Shown: one piece after another, positions 14,748 through 26,925 of the stretch | How positions within the stretch are numbered: the stretch's first letter is position 1 | Layout of the letters: each line of letters opens with the position of its first letter | From: the human T2T-CHM13v2.0 reference genome, Homo sapiens | DNA: 64,000 bases | Assembly (NCBI RefSeq): GCF_009914755.1 | Contig: NC_060926.1 | Strand: one strand, 5' to 3' | Translations under genes and position numbers: made by a program | The notes under the pieces: generated by a model | Seen by the model: only the letters and a program-made list of their open reading frames with translations | The model's database searches: none | Told to the model about the DNA's origin: nothing

Positions 14748-15806
14748 CTGGTAACAGGCCACGAGGAGAGAACAGGGAGGGGGCGGGGAGGCCGGGGTGG
14801 AAAGGCAATGGGCAGGATCACAAGACAAGAGAAAATGTCACCAGCGGCTGGGGTTGGTGGGGGCAGGGTGGGTACCAGCGGAGCCCGGCCAGCCACCCGC
14901 CTCCCACATCCTCTCTCCTACCACTGTCAAAGGGACAGGCAGGTGTGACTGTGCTGCCCAAGCTCAGCACCTACCGAAATCCACTTGTCAAAATGGCCCT
15001 ACCAGCTCGCACCAGGCTGGCTCTTTCTGGCTTCCTCCAGAGGGAAATCCTGCGGTGGAGCCTCCAGAGCTCCCAGGAGCCTGGGCTGCCAGCGCATGCC
15101 CCAAGGGCGCCTGCACACCCGCCTGCCCCTCCCAGCATCTCTGCCTGTATCAGGGGGTCTCAGGGACAGAGCCCAGGAGACCCTGTTGGAATTCTGGCTC
15201 TACCATGACCAGTTCTTGGGCAAGTACTGAGCCTTCCCTGAGCCTCTGTGTCCTGAGCTATCAGGTGACAGTGACATGGTGCTGTGTGAGATGGCCTTGC
15301 ACCTGCCTGCAGGCCCTGCTCTCAGAAGGCACTCAGCCACACCCTGTCTTCCCTGACTCTCTCAAACCATCCATTCCTCCCCTCTCCCCTTCCTCGCAAA
15401 CAGCTCCCCACTGCCAAAAAGCTCAGAGAAGGCAAGAACCTTCTACCCTGAGGCCCTCCTGCCCCACACCCTGAGGACACTCGTCCATCCTGGGTGACCG
15501 GCCCACTTCTGTCTGGAGGCAAACACTCACAGGCTGTGAAAACAGGACCAGATCTCAGGGGACCCCTGTCTCAAGCTAAACCGAAGATCCCCTTTTCCAA
15601 GGGCCTGCCAGAGGGAGAAGCAGCAGAATGGCTGGAGGCGGGTGGCTTCACCAGCTCCCTGTGCGTGAGCACGTGCCTGTGTGTCCTGCGTGTGGGGGGT
15701 GTGTGGGGTGCATGCACCTGTGAACAGGCTAGGAGCATGTGGGCCTGGACACATACGGAAGAGTGGCTCCCCCAGGGGCTGGACAAAGAGCAGACGTGCA
15801 GCTTAC

Positions 15807-15830
15807 CTCCCAGAGGTCCCATGGAATTGA
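15807..15830 (-). CDS. BIN1: BIN1 exon 15, 24-nt microexon (clathrin W-box PWDLW)
   Basis: gctcag|TCA...GAG|gtaag; SIPWDLWE. Confidence 0.97.
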
Positions 15831-16199
15831 CTGAGCGCAGCAGTGAGGGCGAGAAGGACAGTTAGCACAGAGGTTAGAGACAGGGCGGCAAGCAGTCCCC
15901 AGGGACCCTACCCCCGCTCGCCCCAGGCCATCCAGCCCAGCAGGCACAGGAGTGGCTCGGAGCCAGGTAGACTCCAAGATTTGCAGGTGGCCGAGCTCCC
16001 GACACCTCTCAGGGAGCTTCAAGACCCCAAGCCAGGATGCTTCTGCCCCAAGCGATGAGCACAAAGTTGCCAGGAAGTGTTCAGTAACCCCCTACTGAGA
16101 GTTCTCCCAGCTGATCAGGGGCTGCTTCCTGCCCTACAACCAGGAGGTGATGAGGGCTGAAGGCTGAGGTGCCAGGGGAAGGGCAGTGACCCAGGCCTA

Positions 16200-16574
<375 letters not shown>

Positions 16575-17571
16575 TCATCCACCTCACACACGGGAGCACT
16601 GCCCAAAGCCACGCGCCCCGGCACAGGCTCCCGCCCACACCAGGAGGACGACCCCAGTGCCCGCCTCAAACTCCCAGTCATAGGTCCGCCCGTGGCCGCC
16701 ACCCCGCAGGGCCAGCACCAGGCCCCAGCTCTCTTCCGCCACCATCCACAGACTGGTGGGCCCCTCCCCACCAATGCCCGAACCTCCTCTCCGCTCCCTG
16801 CGCCAAGAGTTCTGCTGATCTTGCTACCCCCCAGTGGCGAGAGTAACACCATGCCACAGCCACCCTCAGTGCTCCCGACTGGGAAAGTTCCAAAGGCAGA
16901 GACTTCACACTGGCTTTTCCTCCACCCCAGACAGGGAGGTCACTCTCTGGCGACACCACCAGCCGTCAGCTCCAGGGACGGAGAAAGAGTGGAGCCAGCC
17001 ACAAAGCCCAACAGGCCAAGCTTCAAAGTGGGGTCTTCAACATTCGGGGGCTTCAGAACCACCCGGGGCACTTGGGTTAAAACTGCAGGCCCCTGACCCC
17101 TCCCAGCAGCCCCTCGCCAAGATCTCCTTCCAGTGAGCCCAGGAATAGGCATGTGACAGGCATGGCCCCAGGGATGGGACACGGTGGCCCTGGCCACACA
17201 GGGACAAGCCTCCCCATAAGCTGGGCCAGACTAGCATGGGAGGAAGGGGCTTCCTTAGAGCCCCCGGCACAGGCGGAGACAATGACTCCGGTGAGCCCTG
17301 GGGCAGCATCCATGCCCAGGGCACAAGCTGCCTTCTGAGGAGCAGGGACTGGCTCGGCTGCGGTCTCCATCTTGTACCTGGGGCTTCCCTTTGGGGGCCA
17401 GAGAGAACTTTGCCCAGGTTTAAAAGGAGAGGGACGTGGCCGGGGTGCTCCCCTCCGGGGCCCTCAGGCAGTGCTGGAAGAACTCCAGCCCCGCAGCCCA
17501 GGCCAGCGGCTTCCCGGCTCTACACACTCTTGACAGGCACCGGACACTGACAGGGGCGCCCTCCCACCCGG

Positions 17572-17667
17572 CCTCCACCATGAAGGATGTGAGACCTGGG
17601 GCTGTGGGCCGGGCTCCCCAGAGGCACCTCCATAGCTGAGCCGAGGGCCCATTGGGAGAGACCCAAG
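17572..17667 (+). repeat. Local duplication, copy 1 (96 bp)
   Basis: Aligns ungapped to 19191-19286 with 7 mismatches. Confidence 0.9.
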
Positions 17668-19190
17668 GTCCTCAGTCCTAAGAGGACCCAGCTGTCCTGC
17701 AGCTCAGGGGACAAGGCGTGGAGCAGTCCACATGGCCAAGCCAAGGTGTCAGACAGCTCAGGCCAAGTGGACTCACTTCCTAGAACCAGGGGCCCTAGGC
17801 CCCAAGCCCTGCCCTGGGCCAATCCCAGCAGCTGACTTTCCTTTAGGTCCAGCCCTGTCTGGGGAACCCAGGGCAGGGAGGTCACTGCTCTGCCCCATAA
17901 CCGGCCGTCTCTGAAGGAGCCCTGAGGACGCCGGTGCACAGCCTCGAGGTGCCTCCCACCAGCGGGCGGCCAGCATCTCTCCCCAGTGGCCCCCACCCTG
18001 CCCCAGCAACACCCCTCCCTCCTGTCTCAGAAAAGTCAGCCAACCCAGGCAGCAATATCCGTCATGTGCTGAGGGGAGGGTCATCCGCCAGAGAGCTGAC
18101 CATCCCTTCGCTGTGCTGCCCCGGCAGGTGGCACCTCGCCATGCAGGCCCGGGACTGTCCCTCCATGCAGGGACACAGGCTACTCACCACCCCACAGCCG
18201 GGAAGCCCGTGGGCACCCGTGTCATGGACAAAGGCAAGCCCACCCCTGCCCCATGCCCCACCCAAAGGTCATGGCTCCCCGACCCCAGACCAGACCGGGA
18301 AGACCAGTTGCCTGGAGATGGCACACGCGGTGGCCAGGGAGGCAGGTATGGTATGGAGGGATAGGCGCGCTCAGAGCCTGGGTGCGGGTGGTCTCTGCAC
18401 CACCTCCTGGCCTGGCACACCTTGCTCTGGCGTGGGCCCGCGGCACAGGCCCTGGGTTCCTTTCCTCACCTGTTAAATGGGGGCATGATGTCCTCCCAGA
18501 GGGTGATTGAAAACCAAACAATGGGGTATAGGAAGTGGCTGGCACCGTTCTCTGCTCAGTATTTGCCAGTGTCCATGCCATCCCGTCTCCCTCGCCTGCA
18601 CACACACTGGGCATCACCAGGGCGGAGGCATGCTCGAGCCGGGGAGGCCAGCAGCAAGCAGCCCTGGAGGTCCTCAGCCCTGCCCCCACACTGCTCTTCC
18701 TACATCGCCCTCTGCCACTATCCCACAGAGAGGGGCTCCCGCGCCTGCCAGGCCCCTGAACTAGGGCGTCACCCACCCAGACACCTGCAGCCTCAGTTCC
18801 TTAGTTCTAGTCCTAGTCTTTGCATAGGGGCTTGAGGCCCACCATCCCCAACCCTTCCTAGCAGCGACCACTGTTCGCAGTTCCCAGCGGCCACTCCCCA
18901 CACTCACACCCTCCAACCTATCCCCACTAGGCGTCTGAGCTGTGTGAAGGTGTTTGCTGGAGGCCACCACAGCCTGGACTGGACAGCCTTCCCTACAGGC
19001 GAGGCTCTGTGTGGGAAGGGTCCTGGCCTACCCACAGGAGGAAGGCTGAGGCCTTGAGGGCTGGACTTGAGGAGGCAGTCAGCTCTCGGGGAGTGCGGGG
19101 AAGGCCGGCCACCTCTGGGCAAATCTGACAACACGTCAGCCCACTCCAGCACTGGCAAGATGCGCTTCCAGCACAGGTACTCCAGCCCGA

Positions 19191-19338
19191 CCTCCACCAT
19201 GAAGGACGTAAGACCTGGGGCTGTGGGCCGGGCTCCCCAGAGGCACCTCCACGGCTGAGCCAAGAGCCCACTGGGAGAGACCCAAGACCCTCTGCGTGGC
19301 TCCTTGCTGAGCCAAGGGCCCGTCGGGAGAGACCCAAG
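19191..19338 (+). repeat. Local duplication, copy 2, plus a partial third copy (19306-19338)
   Basis: cctccaccatgaagga...gggagagacccaag, repeated from 17572-17667. Confidence 0.9.
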
Positions 19339-19857
19339 CCCCCCTGGGTGGCTCCCTGCTGTATCTGGGCATTCCACGCCTCTTAGGGAGTGTGCACACG
19401 GCAGTTCTGCCCTGCAGCCTGGCCGCTGCCCCCGCCCTCGAGTGGCTGACAGCAGCTGTGGGAGCTGAAGTCCAGGTGCTTCAGCCATTCCAGGACCTTC
19501 CAACTCTCCCTGGCCCTGGAAGCCTTCCCTGACAGCCACACGTCCTCCACACTCCCCGATCCCCTCTGCCATAGCACCCACTGCGTCGCGAGGGCGCTGC
19601 TGATGTAACTGCTGCGCCGGGAGAGGCGGCACCTTCCCCTCTGTGGCCCTGCATCTGGCCTTAGTACATGCTCAGAGATGGGTGATGGAGGATGATGGAG
19701 GATGATGGATGGAGGGAACAAAGGGTGAGAGAGGGAAACTGACACTCTCTCTGGCCAGATTCCTGGCTCTTGAGACAGAAGCATAGAGGATGAAGGCCAT
19801 GCACGCCCTGAGAGGGCAGGAAGAGAGGAGAGCTGGGCCGCGGCGGCCGCGGCTGAC

Positions 19858-19986
19858 CTGGGAGGGGGTGGTCACGCTGATCTCAGGGACAAACGTGTCC
19901 TCAAACAGGCTGAGGATCTGCTCCTGCTTGACTTCCTTGGACGGGGTGTGTTTGGGAGGCGGAGGGACTGGTGGGCCTTTCCGGAG
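19858..19986 (-). CDS. BIN1: BIN1 exon 13 (12A; proline-rich SH3 ligand, T348 site)
   Basis: cacag|CTC...CAG|gtcag; [43 protein letters not shown], 129 nt. Confidence 0.97.
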
Positions 19987-21377
19987 CTGTGGGTCGGCGG
20001 CGGGTGAGGGGCCGCGCGGGAAGGCACAGCAGAGCACGGGGTTTGGGGGAGACAGACAGAGACAAAGCCACGGTTAGTCACACCTCAGGCCACAGTCCCA
20101 CCCAGGCCACTGAGCAGGACGCAGCAAATGAAGAGTCACTGCCCTCCCAGCCCCCCAACATAGACACCAAGACCCCAGGCCACCCCCGAGAGGGACACTG
20201 AGGCAGGCGGTCCAGAAACGCTGTGTGGAGAGAGAAGAGATAGAGAAGTGAGGGGAGAGGAGGAAGGAGAGCGAAGAAGAGAAGAGGCCCCAGGCTGCCC
20301 ACTGGCCAACTGTGGGAGGGGCTGGCTCCCACTGGCCTGGTGAGAAGACTGGGGAAGCAAACAGTCGTTGAGAGACAGCCGGGCCCCAGCCTCCCCCTGC
20401 CCACCTCTCCCTTCCCGCAGGCCCCTCTCTCCACCTCCCAGGGCACAGGGCTGCCCACAGGGAGCCCAGCTCAGACGAGTGTATCCCAGAGGAAGCCAGC
20501 GTGGCACCAGGATGGGGCAGAGGCCACACCCCTGCCCACCAGGTGGGGGACCTCAGGCAGGTCACACACCCATGACGCTGGGCTTCCTCATGCATCAGGT
20601 GATGACAGCGCCTGCTTCACAGGGGTGTTGTGGGGACTCAGTGAACGAATACACAGAAGGCACTGGCACCATGTCCAGGCCGGGGGAAGTGCTGTTTGGG
20701 ACAGGCTCCCACCATGTCCTTAGCCCTGCTATCCTAGTCAGCAGCAGAGCAGGGCGGCAGCAGAAAACGGGGAGCTGCAGGATCCCCGGCTATGAGAACA
20801 CCCCCACCTGGCCAGCCAGCACCTAGGGCCCTGCAGACACCTGGAGGGCCCGCTGGGGGCAGGCGGGGTGGAGACAAGGACAGTCCAGAAGCCCAGGACC
20901 TGCCCCCTTAGCCACCCCACACCCTCCTCTGAGCCCTTCCTCTCTCTGTCCCTTTAAAGGTCCTGCATGGCCACCTGGCTTGGGCTCCTCCCTCAGGCCC
21001 CTTTAAGAGAGAGAGGCCAGGAAGAGGGACAGGCAGCCCACTCTGGAGATCTGGATGCTCTGTGGGCTGAGGGCCCAGAGCCTCTGCTAGGGAGGAAAAG
21101 AAGATGGAGAAAGAGTCAAGCAGACAAAAGACCAGGGAGAGGGAAGGGGAGGGCGCTGCAGTGGGGGTGGGGGCTGGGGAGGAGCGAGCAAGTCACAGAT
21201 GCCTCCCGGAAGCATGCCAGGCTGGATGGGGGAAAGGAGACCCAGGTCCAGGCCCAACCCCCACTGGGCAAAGCATCGGGTCCATAGCTGCCCAGGCCAG
21301 AAAGGGGACAGAGGAGTGGGAGGATGGAGGACAACAGCAAAGCCGGAGGAGAAGGAGGGAGGGCAGGGGACCTGCTA

Positions 21378-21794
<417 letters not shown>

Positions 21795-22288
21795 CTATGG
21801 TCCCCAGGAGTGCAGGCAGGTCCCTTGGAACCATCTGTCGCAGAGACCAGACCAACCACCCCACAGGCTCCATGGGGTCCACCAGGGCCCATGCTGACAG
21901 CCCAAGATCCACAGCAGGAGAAAGCCAGACATCCTAGAGGCACAGTGAGTCTCCCACACCACACGCAGCAGCCCCTCTGTTCTGGGGTCTGCTCCCCAGC
22001 CTGCTGCCCTCCCTGCCTGTCCATCACAGCACCCTGGTACATGTCTCTAGACCTTGGCTCTCCTGTCCTCTCGGCTGCTGGAGGCCACAAGCAGGGCCTG
22101 GACAAACTAAGAGAGGCGTCCTCATCACAGAGGAGTGGGCAGCTGGCGATGGAGGGGACAGGTCCTGAGCCATGGCGTTCAGTGCCAGAACCCAAGGCGG
22201 AGGTGGTGTGATGCTGTGCACCCCAGGCACAGGGGCGAAGGTGCAGGGAGAAAATTCTCTACCAGAACCTGCACAGAGACGCCTAGAA

Positions 22289-22461
22289 AAGTGCTGCCCA
22301 GTACGGTTGCCACTAGCCACAGGCGGCAATGCAAACTCAAAGCAATGAAATTTACGTGTAATTCAAATGAAAAGTTCCGCTGCCCGGTCACACTGGCCAG
22401 TTTCAAGTGCTCAATAGCCCCATGGGGTAACTGGCTCCTGTGCTGGACAGTGCAGATCTAG
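22289..22461. mobile_element. hAT-Charlie MITE (MER3/MER33-like)
   Basis: agtgctgcccagta...gccactagccac...ttcaagtgctcaatagcc...ggacagtgc, with inverted-end character. Confidence 0.65.
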
Positions 22462-22980
22462 AAGCATCCAGCAGGAACCAGTGACCGAGTCACCTGAGGG
22501 CAAACAGTGGAACAGCGTAAGAGATGTCGCTGACACCATCTTTCCTTCTGGAATTTGTGTTTTATGGGAATGTATTCTCCTTAAAGAATATATGTATAAG
22601 TATATGGTATACACATAGAATTGTTTAAAAAACAAAAAACCCCACAGTGCTGCAGTGTCACCTCCCTGGCCCTCCCCAGGCCTCCTTCCCAGCCACGTCC
22701 TCCATTGCTAAGTGCGCTGGTGGCCCGGGCACCACCAGGGCTAGACAAGTGTGGGGCGCCCAGAGGAACGTGCTAAATGCAGCCAGATGCTCAGAGGCCA
22801 GCCCGCCCCGCGCCGCCTCCGCCTTCCCACCCAACACGCACACGACAGCCCTGCCGGGCAGCACTGCACACAGAGCCAGATTACGGGTTAGTGGCACCTG
22901 GGAGCAGGGCGCAAGGCGCATGCACAGGGCCAGCCAGGGCGCGGGCCTCTGCGCCCCTCCGCAGCACTCACTGCCGGTAC

Positions 22981-23025
22981 CTGTTCTTCTTTCTGCGCAG
23001 CCGCGAAAACAGTTTACTTTTCTTT
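22981..23025 (-). CDS. BIN1: BIN1 exon 11, muscle-specific phosphoinositide-binding polybasic exon
   Basis: cacag|AAAG...ACAG|gtacc; (R)KKSKLFSRLRRKKN(S), 45 nt, phase 2-2. Confidence 0.96.
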
Positions 23026-24471
23026 CTGTGGGGACGGACGGGAGGTGGAGGCCTTCATTCTGGAGAAAGGCCAGGTGCAGAACTGGCCTGTCCCCTTCCC
23101 TCTTTGCCAACCCTTCTGCTCAGAGGACAAAGGGGCAAAAGCCTCTCCTAAGTGCCAGAGGCCTTGCACAGGGCCTGGGCGTGCTATCCCGGGGTGCCCT
23201 GACTGGCCCCTGCTGTGGCCAGGTGCCCGAGGTGATGCTAACAGGGCCTGGTGAGGGGCAGGAGGCTCGGGGCAGTGGAGAGTCACCCTGCCTGTGGTCC
23301 CAGTCCCCAGGAGCTCCAGGTGTGCCCAGAGTGCCAGAAAAGGCCCCCAGGCGAGCACAGAGTGCACAAGAGGCCTCTCTGCTGGAAGGGAGACTCCTGG
23401 GCCTCTACTGCCCCTCTCTCTTCCCTCCACCTCCTTCCTGAGGGGAGCCATGGTTCTGGCCAGGACGGCCCCACTTACCCCCTGCTGATCCATCCCAGTG
23501 TTCCCACCTGTGCCTACAGGCCAGGCAGCTGTCCCTCCCTGCCCGACCTTGAATTCACCTTTTGGCCTTTATTCCACAACCCCCACCCCCCTACCCACCC
23601 CCCCAACCACCACCACAACGCCACCGTCCTAACCTCCCCACTCCCAGCCTCAGGTCACCATGGCCCCTCTCTCAGCCACAACTATTTTATGTTCAGGGAA
23701 GGAGGGGGCAATCACCACCACCCGATACCCTCATCATCCCAGGCAATACCCCAAGAAGCAGACAGTCGCCCTGTTTTACAGAGTCCATCGGTGTTCTCTG
23801 CGTTCTGCTGTGATATGTGTGTGGGTATGCACACACTTACACCTGTCACACACAGTCCCCCTCACACACACACATGCACACATGGCCAGAAGGGAGGGGA
23901 AGTCCCAGGCTCGCTGCTTCCTCTGATCCACAGCCAGGAAAGCAAGGCATTTCCCTCCTCCCTCATGGTTTCCCCTCAGGAAACAGAGGCCTCCTTGCAG
24001 CTGGGATTCCCGGAGGGGCTGAGGCTGAGGACAGGAAGAGGATGCTCGTGTGGTTGAGCAGAATGCTGCCATCCAGGGACATGAGCTTTTCCAGGAGCAG
24101 GAGAGGGAAGGGCGGTGCTATCTCCCTGCTCTGAGAGGACTGCACACCCCGGAGTCTTTCAGTCCTGTTCACACCCCCCAGTCCCCAAAGCTGAGCAGGC
24201 TGCCCACCCCAACCCTGGATGCTCGTGCTCCACAATGAGGGGGTCAGCCGGCTCAGGGACCCGCGGACTCCCCAGAGTGCTCCTTCCTCGACGAACACAG
24301 CCAGAGGGGCAGGGACATTCGAGACAGAGACCTGCCCTCACCTGCCTCCCTGAGCACAGAGAGGCCAAGACAGGAAGGTCCCTAGACCCCCAAGGCCAAA
24401 CCCATGGGGGACCAGGGAGGGCACCAACAGGGTCACAGGAAGGAGCCCTGCCCCTGCCGTGCACACAGTCA

Positions 24472-24777
<306 letters not shown>

Positions 24778-25955
24778 CTATATCACTAATGCCTGCTGTC
24801 TCTGGAAGCCATCTTTTCCCCTCCTACTTATAGGGATATCCTAAAATGCCACATAGAGCTTGCACTGTTTTTACATTTTTCTCTTAAAACTTGTTTTGGC
24901 AGACCATTAATCTTAATTGTTAAGGTCATTTTGCCAAGATGCTTTCAGACCACACTACAACTGCCAGATATTTCACTGAAAGCACAGGCACGAGCGGAGG
25001 TTTATTCCTCACACACGGTGATTCTCATTACTGAGAATATTCCTCTCTTTGATTTGGCCACTAGGGAGCTCAGAGCCGAATCTTCATCCTATTTATAAAC
25101 AACTATGTTCTGTGGCATATATTTTTACAGACTAATTTTATATAAATGTTCCTTCTCTGAAACACCTTTCTCTATTTTTTAAACTTTTCGTAAGTTGTCT
25201 CCAATCTTCGAAGGGAAAAAGGAAAAGTTAAGAAGGAAAGAGAAAGTCTAAAAGGCAGGAAACCGTACTTAGAAGTGTGAGTCAGGGGAGGCCCCAAGCT
25301 GCTTTTCCTCCTCCGACCCTGGGCCTGGAATCCACCATCATCACTTCATCCATCTGGGCCCAAGAGACAAAGTCAGACCCACCACTGGGGGCGGGGGTGC
25401 CAGCCCTGGGTCTCTCCAACTGCAAAGTTCAACAGCTTTGCGTTTTAGTTGCCAGATAGGTTAAAATGAAAATAACACAAGAGAGAAAGGTACGCTAATC
25501 AGACCAGACCCTGTCGCACAGTGGATTCACGCAGACGAAACAGGCCTATTTAAATGTCTCAAAAGCATGGGAGAAAAATTAAAATTGAGAAAATGCTAGT
25601 AATTTTTTCCTACAAATTGAGAAACTGCCACCATTGTCTAACACTGCACTCCCTGGGCCAAGGTTGCTAGAGAACACATTCACAGTTTGAGAGGGCCTGG
25701 TCTACATTCTCAGGTGGTCTACCCAGGCAAGGACCCAGGACACTCTCAAAGCCTCCCCAGCATGCCCTGCTGCCCTCCTGGGCCCAGGCACTCCTGAAGG
25801 GGGCTGTTCCACAGGGCCGGGAGGGAGCCCTGTGGTCACCGGTGTGTGCTGAACCTGGCAGGGAAGGAGGAGTTCAGGCTGCCCCTCCCACGACTCTGAC
25901 TCTGACCCTCGGCCAGGGTGGGGTGTGGCCCCTCAGAGGGGTCCCCATGGCCTAC

Positions 25956-26031
25956 CTTGCTCATCTCCTTGTGGAAGTTTTCCTCCAGGCCCGCGATGCT
26001 CTGGAACGTGTTGACGTAGAAACCTACGCGG
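25956..26031 (-). CDS. BIN1: BIN1 exon 9 (BAR)
   Basis: ctgtag|CCG...AAG|gtagg; [25 protein letters not shown], 76 nt. Confidence 0.97.
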
Positions 26032-26147
26032 CTACAGAAGGGCGGAAGGATGGGGGCCAGGTGAACAGGCAGGTCAGGACAGCAACTCAGAAATACCCAC
26101 CCACGAGCGACCACACACGCTCATCAGAGGCACAAACCAGAGAGGGC

Positions 26148-26305
26148 CCAGGCACCGCAGCACTCAGGCTGGACACTGCAGCACACAGGCTGGGCACCGC
26201 AGCACGCAGACTGGACACCGCAGCACGCAGGCTGGGCACCACAGCACGCAGACTGGGCACCGCAGCACGCAGACTGGACACTGCCCCACGCAGGCTGGGC
26301 ACCGT
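26148..26305 (+). repeat. 21-bp minisatellite (CTGGRCACCGCAGCACGCAGR, about 7.5 copies) in intron 8
   Basis: Directly visible; translates as (L[GD]TAARR)n in the ORF track. Confidence 0.93.
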
Positions 26306-26316
26306 GCTGGGCCTCA

Positions 26317-26925
<609 letters not shown>

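Noticed and set aside
23473-23516. Consensus donor GG|GTAAGT in intron 10 suggesting an extra 29-35 nt exon
   Set aside because: The upstream AGs lack a pyrimidine tract (G-rich) and both lengths frameshift; isolated donor matches are common
26148-26305. Regularly spaced repeats resembling a CRISPR array (also 59657-59825)
   Set aside because: Head-to-tail units without unique spacers, in human DNA, with no cas genes; these are minisatellites
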